Source: Phyllobates terribilis | Taxonomy: Eukaryota | NCBI RefSeq assembly: GCF_046119375.1 | Contig: NW_027362763.1 | Coordinates: forward strand, 328,166,001-328,230,000 | Direction: 5' to 3' | DNA: 64,000 nt | Part shown: piece by piece, positions 1-13,750 of the stretch | Layout: the number at the start of each line of letters is the position of its first letter | How positions within the stretch are numbered: position 1 is the first letter of the stretch | Translations under genes and position numbers: made by a program | Notes under the pieces: generated by a model | What the model was told of the DNA's origin: nothing | Seen by the model: only the letters and a program-made list of their open reading frames with translations | Databases searched by the model: none

Positions 1-486
1 TTTGTGTGACTGTGGCTTCTCAAATATTTGGGCATCGCTACATGCGATCTCCTCTTGCCCCGCTTCAAGTGGACCTGGCGAGAGTCCTGAATCTATAAAT
101 GGAAAAGTAAACAGCTCTTCGGAGTGTCCAAGTGTGGGATCAGTTGTCTCCGGGTACTCGGCATGGTGGGAGGAAGGAGGAGGATCAGGATGAGGAATAT
201 GCAGTCCAGACTCATGGCTACTGAGAGTTGACCATGTGGAAGAAAGGGTGGTGGTTGTGGCTAAGTGACTGGAAGCATTATCTGCTATCCAACCAATAAC
301 CTTTTCACACTGCTCTGTATTCAATAGTGCTGTTCTGCAGTCCCCTATTATTTGGGACAGGAAGGTCGAGCAAGAAGATGTGGGTGTTTGTTGTGGCACA
401 ATTTCAGCTTGCTCATGGCCTCAGCCTCTGCATGCACCATCACCATCATATCTAGTTCGCCAACCCTTGTCACGCGCCTTGCCCAT
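1..486 (-). pseudogene. N-terminal part of a family-A hAT transposase (host element H), running off the window start
   Basis: Reverse complement matches 6253-6750 (ATGGGCAAGGCGCGTG... = MGKAR..., then DPTLGHSEELFT...ACSDAQIFE). ATG at 486. Confidence 0.8.
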
Positions 487-1057
487 TTTAAATGGAGAAC
501 AATATCTTCCATGCTCACTACAAATGGCTGAATTTGGAGCGAACTTAAATTTGATCCATGTGAAGGACAAACCACAGTTTTAAATAGCTGGCCTGTAGGT
601 AATTATTTTTAACAGCGCCGACCTCGTGTCAATAAGTTTGACACACTGCAACAAAATTTCAATGGAGGCCAGAAATGACAATATTTTCAGGGCAATTATA
701 TGTGATCCGTGTGACAGACAAACCACAGTTTTAAATAGCTGGCCTGTAGGTAACTATTTTTAACAGCAAACTGGTGTCAATAACTTCGCTGACACACAGA
801 AACAAAATTTTAAAGGAGGTCATAAATTGCAGAATTTTCAGCGCAATTATATGTGATCCGTGTGATGGACAAACCACAGTTTTAAATAGCTGGCCTGTAG
901 GTAACTATTTTTAACATCACCGACCTGGTGTCAATAAGTTCACTGACACACTGCAACAAAATTTCAATGGAGGCCAGAAATAGCAATGTTTTCAGCGCAA
1001 TAATATGTGATCCGTGTGACTGATAAACAATAATTTTAAATAGCTAGCGTGTAAGTA

Positions 1058-2688
<1,631 letters not shown>

Positions 2689-3141
2689 TAACTATTTTTA
2701 ACAGCGCTGAACTCGTGCCAATAAGTTCATTGACACACTGCAACAAAATTTCAATGGAGGCCAGAAATGGCAATATTTTCAGTGTAATTATATGTGATCT
2801 GTGAAGGACAATCCACAGTTTTAAATAGCTGGATTTTTAGCGCTGTAATATGGAAAGGACATGGCTGTATTCTGTAGTGTCAACAAGCAAATGGTGCAGA
2901 AAAACGGTGTTCTCTTAATTGCTTTTTATGCAAGTTATCAGGATTAAGATAAAAAAAAATATTCCTGGCCTCTGATACCTGGGGCTATTTCTACAAATAT
3001 CTGTTAAAGCACCAGCAGGCAGAACTGGAATGTACCCTTTTGCTATGTGCACTGCAGTCTGCTATATACCCTGCCTGCCTGCCTAGCAGATATATCTGCA
3101 GCTGGATTAGTCCTCAGAAGGAATTTTAGTTGAGATGGATA

Positions 3142-4791
3142 CAGTTATATGAAAAAGTTTGGGCAACCCTATTAATCTTAAGCCTAATGTTTTATAAAAA
3201 TTGGTGTTTTTGCAACAGCTATTTCAGTTTGATATATGTAATAACTGTTGGACACAGTAATGTTTCTGCCTTGAAATGAGGTTTATTGTACTAACAGAAA
3301 ATGTGCAATCTGCATTCAAACAAAATTTGACAGGTGCATAAGTATGGGCACCCTTATCATTTTCTTGTTTTAAATACTCCTACCTCCTTTTTACTGACTT
3401 ACTAAAGCACTTTTTTTGGTTTTGTAACCTCATTGAGCTTTGAACTTCATAGCCAGGTGTATGCAATCATGAGAAAAGCTACTTAAAGTGGCCACTTGCA
3501 AGTTGTTCTCCTGTTTGAATCTCCTCTGAAGAGTGGCATCATGGGCTCCTCAAAACAACTGTCAAATGATCTGAAAACAAAGATTATTCAACATAGTTGT
3601 TCAGGGGAAGGATACAAAAAGCTGTCTCAGAGATTTAACCTGTCAGTTTCCACTGTGAGGAACATAGTAAGGAAATGGAAGAACACAGGGACAGTTCTTG
3701 TTAAGGCCAGAAGTGGCAGGCCAAGAAAAACATCAGAAAGGCAGAGAAGAAGAATGTTGAGATCAGTCAACAACAATCCTCAGACCACCTCCAGAGAGCT
3801 GCAGCATCAACTTGCTGCAGATGGTGTCACTGTGCATCGGTAAACTATACAACGCACTTTGCACAAGGAGAATCTGTATGGGAGAGTGATGCGAAAGAAG
3901 CCGTTTCTGCAAGCACGCCAGAAACAGAGTCGGCTGAAGTATGCAAAAGCACATTTGGAGAAGCCAATTTCTTTTTGGAAGAAGGTCCTGTGGACTGATG
4001 AAACCAAGATTGAGTTGTTTGGTCATACAAAAAGGAGTTATGCATGGCGGCAAAAAAACACAGCATTCCAAGAAAAACACTTGCTACCCACAGTAAAATT
4101 TGGTGGAGGTTCCATCATGCTTTGGGGCTGTGTGGCCAATGCCGACACCGGGAATCTTGTTAAAGTTGAGGGATGCATAGATTCCACTCAGTATCAGCAG
4201 ATTCTTGACAATAATGTTCAAGAATCAGTGACAAAGTTGAAGTTACACAGGGGATAGATCTTTCAGCAAGACAATGATCCAAAACACCGCTCCAAATCTT
4301 CTCAGGCATTCATGCAGAGGAAGAATTACAATGTTCTGGAATGGCCATCCCAGTCCCCAGACCTGAATATCATTGAACATCTGTGGGATCATTTGAAGAG
4401 GGCTGTCCATGCTCGGCGACCATCAAACTTAACTGAACTGGAATTGTTTTGTAAAGAGGAATGGTCAAAAATACCTTCATCCAGGATCCAGGAAATGATT
4501 AAAAGCTACAGGAAGCGACTAGAGGCTGTTATTTTTGCAAAAGGAGGATCTACTAAATATTAATGTCATTTTTCTGGTGAGGTGCCCCTACTTATGCACC
4601 TGTCAAATTTTGTTTGAATGCAGATTGAACATTTTCTGCTAGTACAATAAACCTCATTTCAAGGCAGAAACATTACTGTCTCCAACAGTTATTACATATA
4701 TCAAACTGAAATAGCTGTTGCAAAAATACCAATTTTTATAAAACATTAAACTTAAGATTAATAGGGTTGCCCAAACTTTTTCATATAACTG
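3142..4791 (+). mobile_element. Tc1-like DNA transposon #2 (1650 bp, ~210-bp TIRs)
   Basis: TA at 3140-41 and 4792-93. TIR CAGTTATATGAAAAAGTTTGGGCAACCCTATTAATC is near-perfectly mirrored at both ends. Confidence 0.97.
3541..4563 (+). pseudogene. Tc1 DD34E transposase, 340 codons, two in-frame stops (3841 TAA, 4255 TAG), no frameshift
   Basis: The three ORF-track pieces share one frame. Motifs GRPRK, TDETK, QQDND-x34-E and SPDLNIIE. Confidence 0.95.
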
Positions 4792-5484
4792 TATGTAGAG
4801 AATCTTGTAGAATACCTTCAATAACTAATAAACAATAGTGTTGAGAGAGCATGCTTGACACTCCTGGTTACTTGCCCGAGCATCTCACTACTCAGGATGT
4901 TCGGCGAGCACCGAGCATTTCCAGGTTACTCGGGCGGCAGCTCTGGTCTCCGCCCTGCACGTTTGGTGCTCTTTACAGAGCCAATGAACATGCAGGGATT
5001 GCCAGCCAGTCACTGTAATGCCACAGCCATGTTGTTTGTGGGCATTACAGTGATTGGCTGGCAGCACAGCGACTCCTCGATTATTTAAAATCGGGCGCCG
5101 CCATCTTGAACACAGTCGCTCTGGATCAGACAGTGTAGAGAGGGTGCTGCTGAGTTAGGGAGAGATATATAGTGCGAAATAGGAAGTGTAGGGTCTCTAT
5201 AGCCTGCCAAATCAAACAAACAGTCCTTCTCAGGATTAATATCCATCCCAGATATCAGGCAGGCAGGCAGGCTGTATATGAGATGCAGTGGTTATACCAG
5301 CAAACGCTGCATTACAGTCCTGTGTGCTCCTGTTGGTCAAATTGCTAGACTTATCACCCTGGTCTCAGGGGCCAGTAAAAAACATTTTTTATTCATCTAA
5401 ATCCTCCATTTTTTTTTCCTCAGCCAGACTGTACAAATACGCGTCTTTTTAACCTTTTTGTATCCCCCCGCCAAAAAATGAAAA

Positions 5485-6185
5485 AAATTGAGCGTGTCTG
5501 TGACTGTTCAGACACCAATATATCTGTTTAAAAGAGTCTGGTGTAGGCCAGAAAAATAGAGCTGTGGTTTTGCAGTTCCACGGGTCAAATCTCTGTATTA
5601 TCCTGCTTTTGGCATTTTTTGCCGTAAAAAAAACTGTAATAGTGTCTTCCTGACTGGTCAGACACCAAGATATCTGTTTAAAAGATTCTGGTGTATGCCA
5701 CAATTCTATAACTGTGGTTTTTCAGTTCCACGGGTCAAATCTCTGTATTATCCTGCTTTTGTAATTTTTTGCCGTAAAAAAAACTGTAATAGTGTCTCCC
5801 TGACTGGTCAGGCACCAATATATCTTTTTAAAAGAGTCTGGTGTAGGCCAGAGAAATATAACTGTGGTTTTTCAGTTCCACGAGTCAAATCTCTGTATTA
5901 TCCTGTTTTTGGCATTTTTTGCTTTAAAAAAAACTGTAATAGTGTCTCCCTGACTGGTCAGGCACCAATATATCTGTTTAAAAGATTCTGGTGCACGCCA
6001 CATAACTATAACTGTGGTTTTGCAGTTCCACGGGTCAAATCTCTGTATTATCCTGCTTTTGGCATATTTTGCCGTAAAAAAAACTGTAATAGTGCCTCCC
6101 TGACTGGTCAGACACCAATATATCTGTTTAAAAGAGTTGGGTGTAGGCCAGAGGAATAGAACTGTGGTTTTCCTCTTCCACAGTT
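5485..6185. repeat. 150-bp tandem repeat (~4.7 copies) in the hAT 5' subterminal region
   Basis: G(A/G)CACCAA(T/G)ATATCT at 5511, 5661, 5811, 5961 and 6111, an exact 150-bp period. Confidence 0.95.
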
Positions 6186-6252
6186 CCAATCTCCTTTTTA
6201 TTACCCTTTTTCCATTGATAGTGCGAGTGTAAGCTATTTTACTTCATTTACA

Positions 6253-8868
6253 ATAGGCAAGGCACGTGGCAAGGGACGTGGAACTGGACGTTCTGGTGAT
6301 GGTGCGTATAGAGGACGGGGCCGTGGCCAAGGTGAAAATGTGCCACAACCAACAGCCACATATTCTCGCTCCCACTTCTTGACCGAATTACTAGGGAAGC
6401 ATACTACAACACCAGTATTGCGAACTGATCAGTGTGAACAGGTTATTAATTGGATAGCAGATATTACTTCAAGTTACCTGGGCACCACCACCTCCGGTCT
6501 GTCTTCCACACGGTCAGGTTTTAGTAGCTGTAAGTCTCGACCGCATACTCCTCCTCACCCTGATGCTCCTACCTCCCACCATGCCGAGTGTCATCAGAGA
6601 GCAACTGATCCCACACTTGGACACTCTGAAGAGCTGTTCACTGGAAAATTTCCATATTTGTGCCCCTTGCCTGCTCCGCTTGAAGTGGTGGAAGAGGAGA
6701 TCCCATGTAGCGATGCCCAAATATTTGAACAGCCACGGCCACAGGAAGTCGACGCTGGCAATTTGTCACAAGAGGTGGACGATGACGAGACACAATTGCC
6801 ACGAAGTAAGGAGGAGGATCGTGGTGCGCAAGTGAAAGAGGAGGAGGTGGTGGATGGTCTAGTAACTAACCAAACGTGGCAGGAGGACACGCAGAGCGAG
6901 GCCAGCAGAACACAGGGGGAGGGAGGCAGAGTACCCCAACAGGCAGGAAGAAGCAGTGTGGTGGCCGCACACAGAAGGTGGGCAACAGTTCCCCGTAACA
7001 CCAACATGAGGGACGTTGCCATTACAACCGGTAGGTCTTCCAGAGTCTGGAATTTTTTAAAAGACTCTGTTGATAACCCCAAAAAGGCCATTTCTACCAC
7101 TTGCCATGCCAGCATCAGCAGGGGTGACAAAACTACCAGCCTGACCACCACCATCATGATCAGGCACATGGCAGCAAAGCACCCGACTTTATGGGACAAA
7201 CCCTAGGGTCCACGACCAGTGTCAGCGGGTGTCACCACTGCTTCTTCCACTGTTGTGCGTGTAATGGAACCCCCTGTTGTGCTTGCAAGGCAATTCCCTG
7301 TCCATACTGCATGCAAAGATGCCCCCTCCTCTCAGTCTTCACTTGTTATGGCAGTTTCTCAAGAAAGAGCATCAACGTCCACGTCCCAACGCAGCGTTCA
7401 ATTGTCCATATCCCAGACCTTTGAATGAAAGTGCAAATTCGCAGCCAATGACCCACAGGCCACAGTCCTAAATTCGCACATTTCACAACTGCTTGCATTG
7501 GAAATGCTGCCTTTTACGCTGGTGGAGACGGAATCCTTCCGCAACCTTATGGCGGTGGCCGTCCCTCGGTACTCGGTCCCCAGCCGACACTACTTTGCCC
7601 GGTGTGCCATCCCCGCACTACACAAGCACATGTCCCAAAACATCTGCCGTGCCCTCAACAACGCAGTTACTGGGAGAGTCCACCTGACAACAGACACGTG
7701 GACAAGTGCTTAAGTGCTTGTGGCCAGGGACGGTACATCTCCCTGACGGCACACTGGGTAAACATAGTGGAAACCGGGACCCAGTCGGACCTTGAGACGG
7801 AACACATCCTCCCCACACCGAGAATTGCGGGCCCTATATCAGTCAGAGTTGCCCCCACAGTGTACAGCTCCTGCGTATCATCATCCTCCTCCTCATGTTC
7901 AGCCTCCATCTCAGATATCACCACATCAGTTACAAGCTGGAAGCACTGCAGTACTGCCGCAGCCAAGTGGCAACAGGCTGTGCTGAAACTCATAAGCTTA
8001 GGTGATAAACCTCACACTGCTTGTGAGTTGTGGACAGCTGTGAAAGAGCAGGCAGATCTGTGGCTGAGACCACTGAACCTACATCCAGGTATGGTCGTGT
8101 ATAACAATGGCCGTAACCTGGTGGCGGCTCTGAGGCGAGGCGAGATCACACACGTACCGTGCCTGGCTCATGTGCTTAACCTCGTGGTTCAGCGGTTTCT
8201 TAAATCGCACCCCGAGTTTCCAGATCTGCTCGTCAAAGTACATCGCCTGTCAGCTCATTTTGGCAAGTCGGCTACAGCTTCCGCCGCCCTTGCTGTGTTG
8301 CAGCAGCGTTTGCAGCTTCCTTCACACCGACTGGTGTGTGATGTCCCCACACGTTGGAACTCTACCCTCCACATGTTGCAAAGTATTTGTTATTTGTGAG
8401 CAGAAGAGAGCAGTTGTGGAGTACCAGCTGCAACAATGCCGTCGATATTCAGGTCAGACTCCACACATAAGACCTCAGGAGTGGACCTGGATGTCTGACA
8501 TATGTACCATCCTCACAAACTTTGAGGAGTCCACCAAGATGGTGAGTGGTGATGTCGCCATCATTAGCGTCAGCATCCCACTTGTCTGCATTTTGCAACG
8601 CTCTCTGCAGAGAATTAAAGAGGTGGCATTGCAGCCAGAATATGATAAGATGGATCAGGAACCCATAATGGGCGATTACACACAGCCCAGCCTCATCTCA
8701 TCCCAACGTGCATTGGGGGACATTGAAGGAGAGGAGGAGGAGGAGGAAGAACAGGAGCTGGTATCATGAGCTGTAGATGGTAGTACCTGTACAACTGTCA
8801 TACAGTCGGTTCAGCGTGGGTAGCCTGAGGACAGGGGGGGAGGAGGAGGAGGAGGAGGAGAGCATGGT
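6253..8868 (+). pseudogene. hAT (Ac/ZBED-like) transposase, family A, 3'-truncated
   Basis: Degenerate BED finger (VWNFL...TTCHASI...MIRHMAAKH), then VPSRHYF, VHLTTDTWTS, CLAHVLNLVV and CDVPTRWNSTLHML. Stops and frameshifts present. The hATC dimerisation domain is absent. Confidence 0.92.
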
Positions 8869-11800
8869 CACTGCAAACTCAATCATTCTTCCAAGGGGCA
8901 TTAAACCGTCTTGTTAAGCTACGGCAACCTCCACCACTTCTCCATGTGGCATTAAAACCGTCTTGTTAAGCTAATGCGACCTCCACGTCTCTTCCAAGGG
9001 GCATAAAAACCGTCTTGTTAAGCTACTGCGACCTCCACGTCTCTTTCAAGGGGCATTAAAAACATCTTGTTAAAGTACTGCAACCTCCCCGTCTCTTCCA
9101 AGGGGCATTAAAACCGTCTTGTTAAGCTACTGCGACCCCCACGTCTCTTCCAAGGTGCATTAAAACCGTCTTGTTAAGCTACTGCGACCTCCACCACATT
9201 TTCAAGGGGCATTGATATAATCTTTTTATACCACTGCGAACGCCACCATTCTTCCAAGGGGCATGAAAACCGTTTTGTTAAGCTACTGCGACCTCCACCA
9301 CTTTTTCCCAGGGGCATTGATATTGCCTTTTTATTCCACTGCGACTTTCATGTCTCTTCCAAGGGGCATTAAAACCGTCTTGTTAAGCTACTGCGACCTC
9401 CACCACTTTTCCCAGGGACATTGATATTGTCTTTTTTTTCCACTGCGACCTCCACGTCTCTTCCAAGGGGCATTAAAACTGTCTTGTTAAGCTACTGCGA
9501 CGTCCACCACTTTTCCCAGGGGCATTAAAACCATCTTGTTAAGCTACTGCGACCTCCACCACTTTTTCAAGGGGCATTGATATTGTCTTTGTATTCCACT
9601 GCGAACTCCACCATTATTCCAAGGGGAATTGAAACCATCTTGTTAAGTACTGCAACCTCCACCACTTTTCCAAGGGGCATTTAAACCATCTTGTTAAGCT
9701 ACTGCGACCTCCACCACTTTTCCAAGGGGCATTAAAACCATCTTGTTAAGCTACTGCGACCTCCACGTCTCTTCCAAGGGGCATTAAAACCGTCTTGTTA
9801 AGCTACTGTGACCTCCACGTCTCTTTCAAGGGGCATTAAAACCATCTTGTTAAAGTACTGCAACCTCCCCGTCTCTTCCAAGGGGCATTAAAACAATCTT
9901 GTTAAGCTACTGCGACCTCCACGTCTCTTCCAAGGGGCATTAAAACCGTCTTGTTAAACTACTGCAACCTCCACCACTTTTTCAAGGGGCATTGATATAA
10001 TCTTTTTATTCCACTGCGAACTCCACCATTCTTCCAAGGGGCATGAAAACCGTCTTGTTAAGCTACTGCGACCTCCACCACTTTTCCCAGGGGAATTGAT
10101 ATTGCCTTTTTATTCCACTGCGACCTCCACGTTTCTTCCAAGGGGCATTAAAACCATATTGATAAGCTACTGTGACCTCCACGTCTCTTCCAAGGGGCAT
10201 TAAAACCATCTTGTTAAGCTATTGCGACCTCCACGTCCCTTCCAAGGGGCATTAAAACCGTCTTGTTAAGCTACTGCAACCTCCACGTCTCTTGTCTCTT
10301 CCAAGGGGCATTAAAACCGTCTTGTTAAGCTACTGTGACCTCCACCACTTTTTCAAGGGGCATTGATATTGTCTTTTTATTCCACTGCAAACTCCACCAC
10401 TTTTCTTAGGGGCATTAAAACCATCTTGTTAAGCTACTGCGACCTCCATCATTCTTCCAAGGGGCATTAGAACCGTCTTGTTAAGCTACTGCGACCTCCA
10501 CGTCTCTTTCAAGGGGCATTAAAAACATCTTGTTAAAGTACTGCAACCTCCCCGTCTCTTCCAAGGGGCATTAAAACCGTCTTGTTAAGCTACTGCGACC
10601 CCCACGTCTCTTCCAAGGTGCATTAAAACCGTCTTGTTAAGCTACTGCGACCTCCACCACATTTTCAAGGGGCATTGATATAATCTTTTTATACCACTGC
10701 GAACGCCACCATTCTTCCAAGGGGCATGAAAACCGTTTTGTTAAGCTACTGCGACCTCCACCACTTTTTCCCAGGGGCATTGATATTGCCTTTTTATTCC
10801 ACTGCGACTTTCATGTCTCTTCCAAGGGGCATTAAAACCGTCTTGTTAAGCTACTGCGACCTCCACCACTTTTCCCAGGGACATTGATATTGTCTTTTTT
10901 TTCCACTGCGACCTCCACGTCTCTTCCAAGGGGCATTAAAACTGTCTTGTTAAGCTACTGCGACGTCCACCACTTTTCCCAGGGGCATTAAAACCATCTT
11001 GTTAAGCTACTGCGACCTCCACCACTTTTTCAAGGGGCATTGATATTGTCTTTGTATTCCACTGCGAACTCCACCATTATTCCAAGGGGAATTGAAACCA
11101 TCTTGTTAAGCTACTGCAACCTCCACCACTTTTCCAAGGGGCATTTAAACCATCTTGTTAAGCTACTGCGACCTCCACCACTTTTCCAAGGGGCATTAAA
11201 ACCATCTTGTTAAGCTACTGCGACCTCCACGTCTCTTCCAAGGGGCATTAAAACCATCTTGTTATGCTACTGTGACCTCCACGTCTCTTTCAAGGGGCAT
11301 TAAAACCATCTTGTTAAAGTACTGCAACCTCCCCGTCTCTTCCAAGGGGCATTAAAACAATCTTGTTAAGCTACTGCGACCTCCACGTCTCTTCCAAGGG
11401 GCATTAAAACCGTCTTGTTAAACTACTGCAACCTCCACCACTTTTTCAAGGGGCATTGATATAATCTTTTTATTCCACTGCGAACTCCACCATTCTTCCA
11501 AGGGGCATGAAAACCGTCTTGTTAAGCTACTGCGACCTCCACCACTTTTCCCAGGGGAATTGATATTGCCTTTTTATTCCACTGCGACCTCCACGTTTCT
11601 TCCAAGGGGCATTAAAACCATATTGATAAGCTACTGTGACCTCCACGTCTCTTCCAAGGGGCATTAAAACCATCTTGTTAAGCTATTGCGACCTCCACGT
11701 CCCTTCCAAGGGGCATTAAAACCGTCTTGTTAAGCTACTGCAACCTCCACGTCTCTTGTCTCTTCCAAGGGGCATTAAAACCGTCTTGTTAAGCTACTGT

Positions 11801-12141
11801 GACCTCCACCACTTTTTCAAGGGGCATTGATATTGTCTTTTTATTCCACTGCAAACTCCACCACTTTTCTTAGGGGCATTAAAACCATCTTGTTAAGCTA
11901 CTGCGACCTCCATCATTCTTCCAAGGGGCATTAGAACCGTCTTGTTAAGCTACTGTGACCTCCACGTATCTTCCAAGGGGCATTAAAACCATCTTGTTAA
12001 GCTAGTGCAACCTTCACGTCTCTTCCAAGGGGCATTAAAACCATCTTGTTAAGCTACTGCGACCTCCACCACTTTTTCAAGGGGCATTGATATTGTCTTT
12101 TTATTTCACTGTGAACTCAACCATTCTTCCAACGGGCATTA
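8869..12141. repeat. 52-bp satellite array (~63 monomers, two monomer variants)
   Basis: Monomer CCAAGGGGCATTAAAACCGTCTTGTTAAGCTACTGCGACCTCCACGTCTCTT (e.g. 9722 to 9774). The variant carries GATATTGTCTTTTTATTCC. Confidence 0.97.
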
Positions 12142-12599
12142 CATTTCCTCCTAATTTTAGTCAGCTTTTCCTTTTCAATGAATAGGTGGAAACTAAGGGA
12201 GACCCACTCCCCAATAATGGGTAGAAGGTTTTTAGTATGCTGTAATCCACGTCTGTTTCAAGGGGAATTGCAGTTCCTCATAATTTTTGGACAGACTTCC
12301 ATTCACTGCTTAGGCCAACAGTGCACAGGAGTCCCAGTTTCTATAAAAGGAAAAAAACATTTAGTTAAGGCCCTATGACCTCCATGTCACTTCCAAGGGG
12401 CATTGGAGTGCCTCAAAATTTTTTGTAGGCATTGCACTCACTGTATGCCCTATAACTGTGTAGCCGAACTGCTCCTTTTGGTACAGAAGCATATCCTACA
12501 AGACGTGTGGTTGACTGGCCTGATATTGATGTGAATGGTCCCTGTTCCTCCTGCTTTTTCTCCTTTGCCACCACCTCATCCATCATTCATCACCTGAAG

Positions 12600-13750
12600 C
12601 TTTGTTTTAACGGGAGTCATAGAACTGGGATAGTGGCAGGAAAACATCCAGCAATCCTCGGAGGAGGTAGAATATGCGCCAAAACGCTGACAACCTCAGG
12701 CCTAGCCGCTACTACATACATGCGCTTGCATTCCAAGAAAACAAAGCAGATGGTAACTTCTATCATCATCATCATGCTCCTCACCTTGGCACTCTCAACT
12801 CCCCTGATGGACAAGCCAGGGCCCACCGGATGAGTCTGGTTCTCTGGTTGGCTCGTCCAATGCTGCCCTAAAGCAGACCAGGCTAAGAAAAGTGGCGACT
12901 GGACCGTTTATGGACTCCTGGCTGCCCCCAAGCGGCAGGGGACCGTGTGTGGACATCAGGCCGCGGAGCGGCTGGGGACCGAGTGTGGACATCCGGCCGC
13001 CCCCTGGCGGCTGGGGGCCGAACGTGGAAACCCAGCCGCCGTGCGGCTGGGGACTGAGTATGGATACCAGGCCGCCGACGCAGCCATGACATGGTGGCCA
13101 GCGTCTGCCTCCACATGACTAAAAGGCCCATCTTCAAGTGCAAGCAAGCTAGCAGTATGGTATTGCAGCCTGGGGGTGGGTGGGTGGCAGGTTGCACACT
13201 TACACTTGCATTCCAAGAAAACAAAGCAGATGCTAACTTCTGTCATCATCATCATGCTCCTCATCTTGGCACTCTCAACTCCCCTGATGGAGAAGCCAGG
13301 GCCCACCGGAGGAGTCTGGTTCTCTGGTGGGCTTGTCCAATGCTGCCCTAAAACAGGCCAGGCTAAGAAAAGTGTGGGGAGAAGTTCCAAGGAGAAATAG
13401 GGGTGGCTGGGGACCGAGTATGGACACTCGGCTGCCCCCTGGCAGCTGGGGACCGTGTGTGGACACCCGGTCTGCCGGGGGGCTGGGGACTGAGTATGGA
13501 TACCTCGCTGCCAAAGCAGCCATGAGGTAGTGGCCAGCTTCGGCCTCCTCCAAACTAAAAGGCCCCATTTCAAGTGCAGGCTAGCAGTATGGTATTGCAG
13601 CCTGGGGGTGGGTGGCAGACTGCATACTTGTGCTTGCATTGCAAGGAATGGGGGAGGTACAATTGAACACTACTCTGGGATAAGGACTTGCACGGGAATA
13701 GTTGCAAGTCTGCATCTTCTGATGCGGCAAGGATGACTTCTGATGGGCAC
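12600..13750 (-). repeat. Shuffled module region with antisense hAT transposase fragments and a ~37-bp minisatellite
   Basis: Direct repeat 12725-12895 / 13207-13375. The reverse complement encodes ECKCK..CHPP..LLALE..PYSVPS, homologous to 7426-7585. Confidence 0.75.

Noticed and set aside
5695-6159. 154-aa ORF with 50-aa repeats
   Set aside because: By-product of a 150-bp (multiple of 3) tandem repeat, with no recognisable domain.
8869-12141. CRISPR-like array (constant TTCCAAGGGGCATT with variable intervening sequence)
   Set aside because: The intervening parts are two recurring variants, not unique spacers. There are no cas genes and the context is vertebrate. It is a satellite.
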